NCBI GenBank assembly: GCA_020632075.1
Contig: JACKGH010000001.1
Location: 729,778-793,777 of the forward strand
DNA length: 64,000 bases
Origin: Candidatus Nomurabacteria bacterium
Lineage (GTDB): Bacteria > Patescibacteriota > Minisyncoccia > Phycocordibacterales > UBA918
Direction: 5' to 3'
Part shown: positions 26,861-36,878 of the stretch, one piece after another
Position numbering within the stretch: the first letter of the stretch is position 1
Layout: the number at the start of each line of letters is the position of its first letter
Translations under genes and position numbers: made by a program
Notes under the pieces: generated by a model
Seen by the model: only the letters and a program-made list of their open reading frames with translations
Databases searched by the model: none
What the model was told of the DNA's origin: nothing

Positions 26861-28573
26861 ATGAAATCTGTTACATTCATTCGTAATCACAAATGGCACC
26901 TTGTTGCCATTTTACTCTTTAGTATTGGAGTATATTATTTTACCAACTCCTCATCAGACACAACGAGCACCAGTTCCTTCTATGTGGTCCAAGCGGTCGA
27001 TCGAGGTGAAGTGACCTCTGGCATAGAGACCACGGGCGACATTATCGCCGCTCAAAAACTCGACATTGATGTCTACAAGCAACTCAGTCGGATCGATGTG
27101 GTCAACGTTCAGAACGGTAGTCATGTCGAAGCTGGCGATGTGTTGATCTCATTTGATAAGAGTGACGCCTATGTCGATACACAGTCTGCACAAGTAGCGG
27201 TCGCCGAAGCCGCGCTCGAGCTCGAAACTGAGCGAGCCAACGCCACTGACCCAAACACACAGATACGATCGCTCCAAAATCAGATCGTCGGCTACCAAAA
27301 AACCATCACAGACGCCACCCAAGATATTGATGATGCCTATCGCGATTTTCTCAACGAAGACTTAGAGGTAGATGCACACCCAGATAAAGAGACAGTCTTG
27401 GCAGACCGAACTGAACCAGCACTGAGTGGCAGATACGTACACGACAAGCAAGGCACCTACATAATAGAAGTCTACGCTTCAGGGGCAGACTCCGGATACT
27501 CCTATCGTGTATCGGGTCTTGAAAGTACGACCGAGCAAGTGATCTTCGGGAAAGCGGTTGCACTCGGCACTCGCGGTCTTTTCATTACGTTCCCAAATAG
27601 CACGAAAAGTGGTGACAAATGGATCGTGAGGATCCCGAACACATCGATCGCGACCTACAGCGAAACTCTAGAGGCATACGATAGCCAAGTGGCCACTCTC
27701 AAAAAGACAATCAGTGACGCAGAAGTGAACATTGCCAACGCAAAGCAGGAGCTGAGCGATCTTGAAGAAACTGACTCCAGTAGCTACCGAGATCTAGCAG
27801 TTGAAAAGGCTGAAACATCACTTGCCGAAGCACGACAGCGTCTTTCACAAAACTATGACGTGGTGCAAGAGCGAGATATCGTCGCACCGTTCTCAGGCAC
27901 CGTTGAAGGTATGGAAAACGTCGTTGTCGGCGCTACCCCAACTGGTGGCAGCGAAGACAGTATTAGTCTTGGCACCCTGATCTCTGATGAGTTCCTCACC
28001 ACCTTCTCACTTAGCGCGACCGATGTCTCTAAGGTACATGTCGGCCAAAAAGTAAAAGTAACAGTCACTTCATTTTCAGAGCAACCAACATTCGACGCAC
28101 ACATCACCCAGATCAGTTCCCTACCAGAATCAAGCGGAGTCGCGCAGTATGAAGTGCAAGCACTCCTCGAGTACGATCGTCCAACAGCAGAGATCATTCT
28201 TCGTGAGGGCATGCTCGCTGATATCGAGATCGTTGAGGAGGAAAAGACCGACACCCTTCGCATCCCGACCTCAGCTATCACCTACGAACAAGGCACTCCA
28301 AAGGTAACGATCGTCGACGAACTCACGGAACAACAGCAGCAACAGGTAGCGCGTATGGGTATTGTGCGCACTGACGGAACCACACTCCCAACCTACACCA
28401 CTGAGGTCGAGCTCGGCATTATCGGTCAGTATTATGTGGAAGTGGTAAGTGGCGTTAGTGAAGGTAACCTTCTGGTCTCAACCTCTCTCGATCAAAGTAG
28501 CAGCGAATCGGTCGTATCTGAAACACGGATCGGACCAGGCAGCGGCGGCGGACAGCGACCACCAGAAGAATAA
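26861..28573 (+). CDS. periplasmic adaptor (HlyD/MacA/YknX-like) of a second ABC exporter
   Basis: Start at ATG 26861 (MKSVTFIRNHKWHLVAILLF, TM helix). Coiled-coil and barrel regions. Gly-rich C-terminus. Confidence 0.7.
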   Translation: MKSVTFIRNHKWHLVAILLFSIGVYYFTNSSSDTTSTSSFYVVQAVDRGEVTSGIETTGDIIAAQKLDIDVYKQLSRIDVVNVQNGSHVEAGDVLISFDKSDAYVDTQSAQVAVAEAALELETERANATDPNTQIRSLQNQIVGYQKTITDATQDIDDAYRDFLNEDLEVDAHPDKETVLADRTEPALSGRYVHDKQGTYIIEVYASGADSGYSYRVSGLESTTEQVIFGKAVALGTRGLFITFPNSTKSGDKWIVRIPNTSIATYSETLEAYDSQVATLKKTISDAEVNIANAKQELSDLEETDSSSYRDLAVEKAETSLAEARQRLSQNYDVVQERDIVAPFSGTVEGMENVVVGATPTGGSEDSISLGTLISDEFLTTFSLSATDVSKVHVGQKVKVTVTSFSEQPTFDAHITQISSLPESSGVAQYEVQALLEYDRPTAEIILREGMLADIEIVEEEKTDTLRIPTSAITYEQGTPKVTIVDELTEQQQQQVARMGIVRTDGTTLPTYTTEVELGIIGQYYVEVVSGVSEGNLLVSTSLDQSSSESVVSETRIGPGSGGGQRPPEE

Positions 28574-28582
28574 TCTTCGCGT

Positions 28583-29290
28583 ATGAACAGCAAACAACCA
28601 CTCGTATCGCTGCGCGACATCTCAAAGAGTTTCTATCTCCAAGGTGGACAGGAGGTGCCGATCTTGCATCACATCGATCTCGACATCTTCGACGGTGATA
28701 TGGTCGCCATCCTTGGACCCTCTGGCTCGGGAAAATCCACGCTCATGAATATCATTGGCGGTCTTGATATTGCTACGAACGGTACGTATCACTTCACCGG
28801 CCGCAATGTTGAGGAGATGAGTTCAGATGAGTTGGCAGAGCTCCGTTCGACTGATATCAGTTTTATCTTTCAGTCGTTTCACCTCTTACCTGGAAAGACG
28901 GTATACCAAAACGTCATGCTACCCCTCATTTACCAACGTTCCTTTACTGGCGATTTCAAGGAGTATGTTGAACATGCCCTCAAGCGAGCTGATCTTGAAG
29001 AAACACATTGGCACAAGAAACCAAACCAGCTCTCGGGTGGCCAACGACAGCGCGTTGCGATCGCTCGTGCACTAGTGGCTCGCCCGAAGCTGCTCCTGGC
29101 TGACGAACCAACCGGAAACCTCGACTCAAAGACTGGAGAGAATATCATTGATGCACTCACCTACCTCAACGAACACTACGGCACTACGATCGTGATCGTG
29201 ACCCATGATCAGTCTTTGACTGAAGTGGTACATCGAGTGATCAATATCATGGACGGTCGCGTCACTGAAACTAATGGTAACAAAGTATGA
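28583..29290 (+). CDS. ABC transporter ATP-binding protein (MacB/YknY type)
   Basis: Walker [10 protein letters not shown], signature [14 protein letters not shown], Walker B LLLADEP. Confidence 0.85.
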   Translation: MNSKQPLVSLRDISKSFYLQGGQEVPILHHIDLDIFDGDMVAILGPSGSGKSTLMNIIGGLDIATNGTYHFTGRNVEEMSSDELAELRSTDISFIFQSFHLLPGKTVYQNVMLPLIYQRSFTGDFKEYVEHALKRADLEETHWHKKPNQLSGGQRQRVAIARALVARPKLLLADEPTGNLDSKTGENIIDALTYLNEHYGTTIVIVTHDQSLTEVVHRVINIMDGRVTETNGNKV

Positions 29291-30468
29291 AAACACGATT
29301 TCTCATAACTGAATCTATCCAGGCTTTGCGGAGCAACCTGCTGCGCTCACTACTTACCGTGATCGGTATCGTGGTTGGTATCTTTTCCGTAACCGCCATG
29401 CTCGCCCTTGGTGCTGGACTGTCTGCCAATGTGATGGATCGTTTTAGTTCCTTCGCGAGTGGTGATGTGACCGTATCAGGAGAGATCAGTTCCAACGACT
29501 ACGCCTGGATCACCGAGCAGCCGTACGTACAAAACAGCCTTGCGTCACTTTCTGTCAGCGGTGCAGAGGTAGTCTTTGGCGGATCGGATTTCTCCCCTAC
29601 CATTCAGTCGGTCCTTGGTGATTACGATAGTTTGCAGCAATATGACCTAGTCGAAGGCACGGTGTATGATTGGACCGATCCAAACTTTACCGAAGCTGTT
29701 GTCGTGGTGTCAGACGGATTTGCTGATTCTGTCCTAGAAGATACAGGTCGCACTGTACTTGGTAGTGATATTACGGTAAATGGACAAAAATTCACCGTGA
29801 TCGGCGTGATCGAATCAAGTTCAATGCTCTTCACGCGCGGCGACGGCGTTATCCTTCTCCCCTACGAGCGAACCGTTGGAAATCTCACCAACAAACGCAC
29901 TTTCTCTTCGGTGGCAATTCTGTTACAAGATTCATCGTACTTTGACATCGCTGGCCAAGGACTCCTCAAGGGACTCAATGCCTCGAGGCAACTTGCTGCC
30001 GATAGCGAAGACATCTTCAGTGTCGAAACCTCACAAGCTTTTATTGAAAGTGCCGAAGAGACCACCGCCATGATCACCCTATTCCTCGGAATAGTCGGCG
30101 GGATCGCGCTCTTTGTTGGTGGCATTGGCACCATGAACATGATGCTCACTACGGTCACAGAACGAACTAAAGAGATCGGACTCCGTAAGGCAGTCGGTGC
30201 ACGTGATCGTGACATCATGCTCCAGATATTGGTCGAGTCTGTTGTCCTCACGAGCTTTGGTGGTCTTTTTGGCATCCTACTTAGCCTCGGAGCTGGTAAG
30301 GTCGCAAATCAGATCTTTGCTGACAGCGATATGATCTCGGTACTTGTGAACACGCAAGTGATCGCTCTGGCTGCGGGAGTAGCACTCGCGGTCGGAGTGA
30401 TCTTCGGTCTCTACCCAGCACGAAGTGCTTCAAAGCTACAGCCAGTAGATGCGCTTCGTAGTGAATAG
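29287..30468 (+). CDS. ABC transporter permease, FtsX type
   Basis: FtsX/MacB topology. 4-nt overlap with the ATPase gene. Confidence 0.8.
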   Translation: MKTRFLITESIQALRSNLLRSLLTVIGIVVGIFSVTAMLALGAGLSANVMDRFSSFASGDVTVSGEISSNDYAWITEQPYVQNSLASLSVSGAEVVFGGSDFSPTIQSVLGDYDSLQQYDLVEGTVYDWTDPNFTEAVVVVSDGFADSVLEDTGRTVLGSDITVNGQKFTVIGVIESSSMLFTRGDGVILLPYERTVGNLTNKRTFSSVAILLQDSSYFDIAGQGLLKGLNASRQLAADSEDIFSVETSQAFIESAEETTAMITLFLGIVGGIALFVGGIGTMNMMLTTVTERTKEIGLRKAVGARDRDIMLQILVESVVLTSFGGLFGILLSLGAGKVANQIFADSDMISVLVNTQVIALAAGVALAVGVIFGLYPARSASKLQPVDALRSE

Positions 30469-30474
30469 AAAGAG

Positions 30475-30500
30475 AAAAGCCCGGCCTTCGGCCGGGCTTT
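30475..30500. terminator. bidirectional terminator
   Basis: aaagcccggcc-ttcg-gccgggctttt. Confidence 0.6.
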
Positions 30501-30502
30501 TC

Positions 30503-30751
30503 TTATTCACTTTTTTTGTTCCACGGCAGCTTCTGCAAGAAGTACACCATCGGACAAAAACCGACCGTACCAGAAAACATGAGTCCACCAGCCACAAGAA
30601 GTGGGAGCCAGTGAAATGCTGGGTGCACAAAATATTCGAGCACGTAGCCAAGAACAATAATGCTCGACGCAACCACAAATGCCTGACGGAGGGTTGGCAG
30701 ATTGCAAAGTTTTACCTTCTCGTTAATTCCTTTGGTGTGTAAGTGAGTCAT
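30503..30751 (-). CDS. DUF2892 (YgaP-like) small membrane protein
   Basis: TLRQAFVVASSIIVLG...GFCPMVYFL matches the DUF2892 GxCP motif. Start trimmed to ATG 30751. Confidence 0.55.
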   Translation of the reverse strand: MTHLHTKGINEKVKLCNLPTLRQAFVVASSIIVLGYVLEYFVHPAFHWLPLLVAGGLMFSGTVGFCPMVYFLQKLPWNKKSE

Positions 30752-30765
30752 ATAAATATTTTGGG

Positions 30766-30858
30766 AGTGACCAGGGGATGTTTTGAGCGTCCGCGGGGAC
30801 TGAGTGCTCAAGCTGACCTATGGACATCGGAGCGTGTGAAAAACATCCCCTGGTCACT
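30766..30858. repeat. MITE-like element, 93 bp, with perfect 19-bp terminal inverted repeats (copy A)
   Basis: AGTGACCAGGGGATGTTTT ... AAAACATCCCCTGGTCACT. About 55-nt core nearly identical to 52588..52649. Confidence 0.5.
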
Positions 30859-30869
30859 GTTTAAAGTTG

Positions 30870-33800
30870 TTAATCATCTGAAACAAACCGCACAAGGAGT
30901 GTCGGATAGATCACCAGCGTCAGCACCGTCGAGAGCGATAGTCCAAACACGATCGCCCACGCGAGACCCGACCATACGGGATCGCTCGCAATGGTGAGCG
31001 AGCCGAGTACGGTCGTGAGTGAGGTGAGGAAGATCGGCCGCAGGCGCGCCTCCCCGGCTTGTATGAGTGCCTCGCGATAACTCGCGCCTGCGGCCTTGGC
31101 TTGCTCGACATACTCCAAGTAAATAATGGCGTTGTTCACCACAATACCAATCAGTGCAATAAAGCCAATGAGCGCGGTCGCCGTAAGATAGATGTTGAAT
31201 CCACTATCGAGCACGAAGAAGCCCCAGAGTATACCTACAAGCCCGAGTGGCACCGTCACCAGAATATACGCCGGTGTACTAAATTTGTTGTACTGTGCCA
31301 CGAGAAGCGCATACACCATTAAAAGTGCTACCCCCATCGCGATACCTAAGTCACGGAAGTTCTCGAGCGTCATTTCCCACTCACCGCCCCACGTGAGCGA
31401 GATGACCTGATCGTCTGGAGTGATAAGTTTCATTCCCCAGAGATCCCAGTCGGTCACCTCATACCCTGCGAGTTCTCCAGCGATAATGCGTCGCACGGTT
31501 TCGATAGTCACATACACGATCGACCGATCTTCTACTTCTGCGGTCACGTATGAAAGTGTCTGTCCATCTTCAAGATACACCGCACTCGGCCGCACTTCGT
31601 GTGAGAGTGCCAGCACTGAGCGAAGTGGCACTAGCTCACCACTCGCAGTTGCCACCTGTACCATATCAATAAAGTTTGGTGTGGCATGCACACTGCTTGG
31701 CAGTGTCAGCGTGATCGGTGTGTACTCCGAAGCATCTACACCAAGCAGTTCCCCCACCTCGTAATGACCACCAAGCATCCCGAGTACCGCCGCTACTTGT
31801 GCCGGAGAAATACCAAGTTCATTTGCTGCCGCATAGTCAAAGTCGTACCGTACTCGGCCAATTGATGCGTCATCACTCTGATAGGTATCAACGACACCTG
31901 TTACCTCACCAATAAATTCTTTGAGGTCTGTTGCTGCTTGTCGCTGGAGCGCAGCGTCGTCTGCTGACAACTTCGCCACAAAGGTCGCGCGCACCGGCGG
32001 TCCTGGTGGTTCTTCCATAAAGCGGACCGCAGTAGCGACTTCCGGCACGGCTTCAACAATGGCAACCCGTGCTGCAGTAGCGATATCAGTCGAGCTTTCA
32101 CGTCTCTCCCCAGCCGGTGTGAGATTTACCCTAAGCGTCGCCTGGTGGGCGCCACTTCGCAGTTCTGCCCCCTTGAACATACCGTTGAAATCAACAATCG
32201 GCGGCGTTGCCACAAACCGTTGCACACTTACTACATTCACATCTGCAAGTAATACATCGGTCACCGCTGCCGCGACATCTTTGGTCGCTTCAATGTCAGT
32301 ACCAACCGGCAGATCTATGTACGTATAAAACTGATCACGGTCAGCTCGCGGCAACATTTGGAAGTGCACCAGACCAGTTGCCGGCAAAATGAGCGACACT
32401 AAAAACACTAGCAATGCGCCGCGCAAGATCGTGCGCTGCACACCTTCGCGATACAAGATCTTTCGGAGCAAGCTCGTATACGCAGCTGTCACCCTATCCA
32501 TGATGCGCGAGAAGACTTTAGTAAGCCGATTCTGCTTGTCGTCAACATGCAAGATATGACTCGCAATAAATGGTGTCACTACAATCGCCACTAAGAAAGA
32601 GACCACGAGCGCCGCTGGCACAAAGAATGCGATCGGTCCCATGTATGGCCCCATCATGCCAGTAATGAAATTCATCGGGAGGAATACGATCACTGATGTG
32701 ACTGTCGAGAGCAGCAGTCCAACACCGATCTCGTCGATCGCTGTTGCGATCACACGCTCCTTGGTTTTCTCACTTGGTTCGTAGTGCCAACGTTTGAGGT
32801 GCGAATATATATTCTCAGTTGCCACGATCGCTGAGTCGACCAACAGTCCTAGCGAAAGGATGAGTGCGAACAGCGTGATGCGGTTGATCGTCTGATCAAA
32901 CAACAACCCAAGCCCAAACACCACCAAGAGTGTGACCGGGATCGCTACTAGTACGACCAGCGCCGCGCGAGTCGATAGAAACAGAAGCAGTACCACTGCC
33001 ACGATCGCGATCGAGGTGAGTAGGTTTTGGGTCAACCCAAATATCTCCGCTTCGGCAGTCGCACCATCATTGCCAACCACTACATACGAGAGTGACTGGT
33101 AGGATGGCTGCTCAACTTTCTCAGCCAGCGCAGCCAAAAGGGCCTTGCTCACGACAGGTGCACTCGAACCTTCTACTTTTGCCACCGAAAGCAATACTAC
33201 TTCCCCGCTACCCGTATCGCTGGAATGAAATACATATGAACGCTTACCAGACACTCCTTCGTACACTCGTGCAACATCTCGCATCTGCACACCAGGCGCC
33301 ACAAAAAGCTCACCTACTTCAGCGGGTGAGATTGCCAAACCATCAAACACCACGTCGATCTGGTACGGCTCTGTGCGAACACCACCAGTCACTACTCGTT
33401 TCTGACTTGCAGTAAGTGCGCTCGTTACTTGTGCAAGTGAAACACCTTCTGCTGCTAACTGGGTCGGATCGATTTCTACTACTAGACCATTTTGATAGCC
33501 GCCATAGACTGAAAGCTCGCTCACCCCATCGACCACCCCAAGCTCATGCGAAAGTGTAACCACTCGCGTGCGCAACTCTGGCATCGAAAGCTCATCTGAT
33601 CCAAAGACGATCTGTAGGATCGGAATGGTTTCCGGATTGATCTCAATGATATGCGGCAGCTTGATGTTGCCGCGCGCTAGGTAGCTATGTTGTTCAAGCT
33701 GCGACAACAGATCAAGTTTGGCTTTGGTTTTGTCGTAGCCCACTTCAAAGATGACCGTGGTCTGAATAGTTGCCCCGTCTTGGACTTGGGTATAGATATC

Positions 33801-34058
33801 ATCAACTCCTGGTACCGTGTCGATCTTCTCAACAAGTTCGTACACGACTCGCTCCAGAGCCGCGTCTGTAGTTGCTCCCGCGTACTCCACCGTGACCGCA
33901 AAGGCAGGACGAGTGATCTCTGGGTTGTATTGTTTGGGGGTAAGGAAAAATGACACCAGACCAAACACGAGGGATACCAACAAAAGCAGCATCGACAACG
34001 GTCGATTGACTGCAAAGAAATGACTGATGCGTCCAGCGATGTTTACATCATTTGCCAT
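30870..34058 (-). CDS. RND superfamily efflux pump (AcrB/CusA-like, 12 TM helices)
   Basis: 1062 aa, two large periplasmic loops. TM4 motif GLLVDSAIVATEN. Preceded by an adaptor gene and a CsoR-regulated promoter. Confidence 0.9.
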   Translation of the reverse strand: MANDVNIAGRISHFFAVNRPLSMLLLLVSLVFGLVSFFLTPKQYNPEITRPAFAVTVEYAGATTDAALERVVYELVEKIDTVPGVDDIYTQVQDGATIQTTVIFEVGYDKTKAKLDLLSQLEQHSYLARGNIKLPHIIEINPETIPILQIVFGSDELSMPELRTRVVTLSHELGVVDGVSELSVYGGYQNGLVVEIDPTQLAAEGVSLAQVTSALTASQKRVVTGGVRTEPYQIDVVFDGLAISPAEVGELFVAPGVQMRDVARVYEGVSGKRSYVFHSSDTGSGEVVLLSVAKVEGSSAPVVSKALLAALAEKVEQPSYQSLSYVVVGNDGATAEAEIFGLTQNLLTSIAIVAVVLLLFLSTRAALVVLVAIPVTLLVVFGLGLLFDQTINRITLFALILSLGLLVDSAIVATENIYSHLKRWHYEPSEKTKERVIATAIDEIGVGLLLSTVTSVIVFLPMNFITGMMGPYMGPIAFFVPAALVVSFLVAIVVTPFIASHILHVDDKQNRLTKVFSRIMDRVTAAYTSLLRKILYREGVQRTILRGALLVFLVSLILPATGLVHFQMLPRADRDQFYTYIDLPVGTDIEATKDVAAAVTDVLLADVNVVSVQRFVATPPIVDFNGMFKGAELRSGAHQATLRVNLTPAGERRESSTDIATAARVAIVEAVPEVATAVRFMEEPPGPPVRATFVAKLSADDAALQRQAATDLKEFIGEVTGVVDTYQSDDASIGRVRYDFDYAAANELGISPAQVAAVLGMLGGHYEVGELLGVDASEYTPITLTLPSSVHATPNFIDMVQVATASGELVPLRSVLALSHEVRPSAVYLEDGQTLSYVTAEVEDRSIVYVTIETVRRIIAGELAGYEVTDWDLWGMKLITPDDQVISLTWGGEWEMTLENFRDLGIAMGVALLMVYALLVAQYNKFSTPAYILVTVPLGLVGILWGFFVLDSGFNIYLTATALIGFIALIGIVVNNAIIYLEYVEQAKAAGASYREALIQAGEARLRPIFLTSLTTVLGSLTIASDPVWSGLAWAIVFGLSLSTVLTLVIYPTLLVRFVSDD

Positions 34059-34060
34059 AA

Positions 34061-35647
34061 CTAAAGCGAAATACTTACTGCTGGTACAAGCGGCGTCTCA
34101 CTGACTCTATCGAGCTCTACATACAACACATCGCCGGCATCGTAGACAATCTCAGCTCGAGCTGTAGCGCCAGTTTCATACTGCACAAACGCACCATCAG
34201 TATCAAAATGCATGTATGATCGAGGCACTGTCCGCACCGCATCATCGGCTGCAATAGCAATATCTCCTGAAAGACTGCTACCGACCTGGAGCACCGCAGT
34301 CTGATCAAGCGCGATCACTACTACTCCGCTGCCACCATTTGCTACTGCACTAAATCGATCAACATGCCCAACCAATGTATCGTCTACAACAAATGATTGT
34401 CCTACCGCCACATACGGTAACAAGTATGATGGGACTGATACTTCTAATTCACGAGCGCCGTTTCCAACGAGCGTTAGGAGTGGCGTACCGGCAGTAACAT
34501 ACTGACCCTCATCCACAAGCACTTCTGAAACCACACCAGAAAAGGGTGCTGTTGGGCGGCCGAGCGATAGCTCGGCCGCCACAACAGCCTCACCGGCCGC
34601 TGCCACGGCGTCGCTCTGAGTAGCGATCGCAGCTGCGTATGAAGCTTGAGTTGCCGCCAGTTCTTCATCGAGAGCGGAGACTGCCACGGCAGTATCCTGC
34701 CCTACCGCATCCTCAAGTACTCCATCCACTACTTGCGAGAATACTGCCTGTGCACTTGAAAGTGACTGCGCTGCACTAAGTGCACCACTTCGTTTTGAGA
34801 GATATGCTGCCCGTACCTCATCGGTCACATAGACTGCCTGCCGATCAAATACATCGGACTCTGCTGTTGCATACAAATTAGTTACAGCCGCCAGCTGTTC
34901 ACCAAGGAGAGAGGCTGTCAGTTCTAATTCTGCAGGATTTGATCCATCTAGTTCAGCAACAAGAGACTGTAGATCAACCCCGCTTGCTCCTACGGTCGCA
35001 ATCCCGCCACGAAAATAACTTGGCACCGATCCGTAGAGATCAGTCACCACCGCATCGTAGAGTCGTAATCCCTTTGCCGAAAACAGATGTCGATTATTGT
35101 TCACATAATCAATCGCAGCAGTCAACTCAAGTACACCTTGCTCTATTGTATTTGAAAATGTGGTCGATACCTCTGTCACTCGAGAGTCATTTCCGACAGT
35201 GCGCAAAGCTGCGATCTCGGCCGCCGAGCGGGCCTGGTACCCAGCTTGTGTCGCCTGCACTGCCCGAAGCTCAGTATTCAAAGACTGGTTCAACTGCCCC
35301 AACTCCCGCTCGGCGGCAGCCAATGCCAACCGTGCATCAGCTACTGGCGTCGACTGCACTGCCAATACCTGACCGACAGATACCGCTGCACCCTCATACA
35401 CTCGGAGGTCACGCACCACTCCGGCCGTCTCTGCATACACGATCGTACTGTCCGCAGCCTCCACCACTCCAGACACACAAAGCGGTAACACACCCGTAGT
35501 CAGATATACCGCTTCTTGTAGAGCTCGTTCCTCTACCGGAGACACCACCTCCTCACCACGCACCACTCCATATCCTACAAAGACAATTAAAATACCTGCA
35601 GCAGTGGCCGCCAGTTCTTTCATTCTCACACTTGTACTAAATTTCAT
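34061..35647 (-). CDS. RND efflux periplasmic adaptor (membrane fusion protein)
   Basis: N-terminal anchor, Ala-rich coiled coil and barrel/MP domains. 3-nt gap to the RND gene. Confidence 0.7.
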   Translation of the reverse strand: MKFSTSVRMKELAATAAGILIVFVGYGVVRGEEVVSPVEERALQEAVYLTTGVLPLCVSGVVEAADSTIVYAETAGVVRDLRVYEGAAVSVGQVLAVQSTPVADARLALAAAERELGQLNQSLNTELRAVQATQAGYQARSAAEIAALRTVGNDSRVTEVSTTFSNTIEQGVLELTAAIDYVNNNRHLFSAKGLRLYDAVVTDLYGSVPSYFRGGIATVGASGVDLQSLVAELDGSNPAELELTASLLGEQLAAVTNLYATAESDVFDRQAVYVTDEVRAAYLSKRSGALSAAQSLSSAQAVFSQVVDGVLEDAVGQDTAVAVSALDEELAATQASYAAAIATQSDAVAAAGEAVVAAELSLGRPTAPFSGVVSEVLVDEGQYVTAGTPLLTLVGNGARELEVSVPSYLLPYVAVGQSFVVDDTLVGHVDRFSAVANGGSGVVVIALDQTAVLQVGSSLSGDIAIAADDAVRTVPRSYMHFDTDGAFVQYETGATARAEIVYDAGDVLYVELDRVSETPLVPAVSISL

Positions 35648-35653
35648 GTGTGG

Positions 35654-35677
35654 TAATATACCCCATGGGGTATATTA
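35654..35677. promoter_or_regulatory. CsoR-type operator: 24-bp perfect palindrome TAATATACCCC|ATGGGGTATATTA
   Basis: GC tract flanked by AT-rich inverted arms, as described for CsoR operators (ATACCC...GGGTAT). Sits between the divergent adaptor-RND operon and csoR. Confidence 0.6.
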
Positions 35678-35714
35678 CTGTCAAATCACTTCTCTACCCT
35701 GATACAATTATTCT

Positions 35715-35972
35715 ATGGACACAGATACCAAACAATTACTCAATCGCTTGAGCCGGGCCGAAGGACAAGTACGCGCACTGCGCGTCGCTCTGGAACGTGG
35801 TGAAGTGACTGATTGCAAGGCGTTTATGTCACAGATCAAAGCTGCCCGCTCTGCCCTCAAGCACACGAGTGAACAGTTCGTGCTACAGCACATTCACAAG
35901 TGCCAGGCACTTCCAAGTGCAAAACGAGATGAACAGATCGCCGAAGCTTTGAAAGTTCTCGCCAGTGACTAA
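35715..35972 (+). CDS. csoR: CsoR/RcnR family metal-sensing transcriptional repressor
   Basis: LLNRLSRAEGQVRAL helix and conserved Cys/His ligands (C44, H70, C74 equivalents: TDCKAF...HIHKC). Confidence 0.8.
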   Translation: MDTDTKQLLNRLSRAEGQVRALRVALERGEVTDCKAFMSQIKAARSALKHTSEQFVLQHIHKCQALPSAKRDEQIAEALKVLASD

Positions 35973-36023
35973 CGTAGTACTGAGCAGAGAGCACCTTTTA
36001 CGAAACCAATTGAAATTTGAACT

Positions 36024-36836
36024 ATGAACACAACAGCAATTATCGCTGCCATTATTGCCCTCTTGGGAGGATTTGTGGCCGGAAACGCTATCCAAGATGA
36101 ATCGACTGACATCACCCAAGTTACCAACCAAGCTCGTGAGCGCTTTATGAGTGAAAATCCACCAGCCCAAGACTTCGTCTCAATGCGCCCAGGAATTGAA
36201 GAATTACCAGTTCAGACACTCTCACAAGAAGAACTTGACGGACTACTCCTCATGCGTGAAGAAGAGAAACTTGCTCGAGACGTATACCAGACACTCTACG
36301 AACAGTGGGGGCTGAACATCTTTTCCAACATCGCACAAAGCGAACAGACCCACACCGAAGCAGTTCGCGAACTGCTTGAGAAGTACGACATCACTGACCC
36401 AGTGACTAACGACACGATCGGCGTCTTCCAGAACGAAACCATGCAACAGCTCTACAACGATCTCGTTGCGCAAGGAAGTGAATCAGAAGTTGCTGCTCTT
36501 AAGGTAGGCGCAACGATCGAAGATCTTGATATCAAAGACCTGATGGACCTGACTGCTGAGACAGACAATGAAGACATCAAACTCGTGTACGAAAACCTCA
36601 CTCGCGGCTCACGCAATCACCTGCGCTCATTTACCCGCCAGCTCACCATGCGCGGTGAAAGCTATGAAGCGCAGTACATTAGCGCTGAAGACTACCAAGC
36701 AATTCTCGCGAGCGACCAAGAAACCGGTAATGGAGATCATGACCACGGCGGCAACATGCAAAACGGTGGTGGCCAAGGTCAAGGAACCGGCAGCGGTAAT
36801 CGCGGCTGGGGTGGTGGCCAGGGACGCAATCGATAA
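36024..36836 (+). CDS. DUF2202-like ferritin-like secreted protein with Gly-rich tail
   Basis: N-terminal TM/signal segment. EEEKLARDVYQTLYEQWG...SEQTHTEAVRELL ferritin-like helices. C-terminal GNGDHDHGGN...GGGQGQGTG tail. Confidence 0.6.
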   Translation: MNTTAIIAAIIALLGGFVAGNAIQDESTDITQVTNQARERFMSENPPAQDFVSMRPGIEELPVQTLSQEELDGLLLMREEEKLARDVYQTLYEQWGLNIFSNIAQSEQTHTEAVRELLEKYDITDPVTNDTIGVFQNETMQQLYNDLVAQGSESEVAALKVGATIEDLDIKDLMDLTAETDNEDIKLVYENLTRGSRNHLRSFTRQLTMRGESYEAQYISAEDYQAILASDQETGNGDHDHGGNMQNGGGQGQGTGSGNRGWGGGQGRNR

Positions 36837-36840
36837 ACAA

Positions 36841-36872
36841 ACTACAAAATAACAAAAACCGCCCGTGGGCGG
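36841..36872. terminator. bidirectional terminator
   Basis: aaaaccgccc-gtg-ggcggtttttttt. Confidence 0.65.
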
Positions 36873-36878
36873 TTTTTT

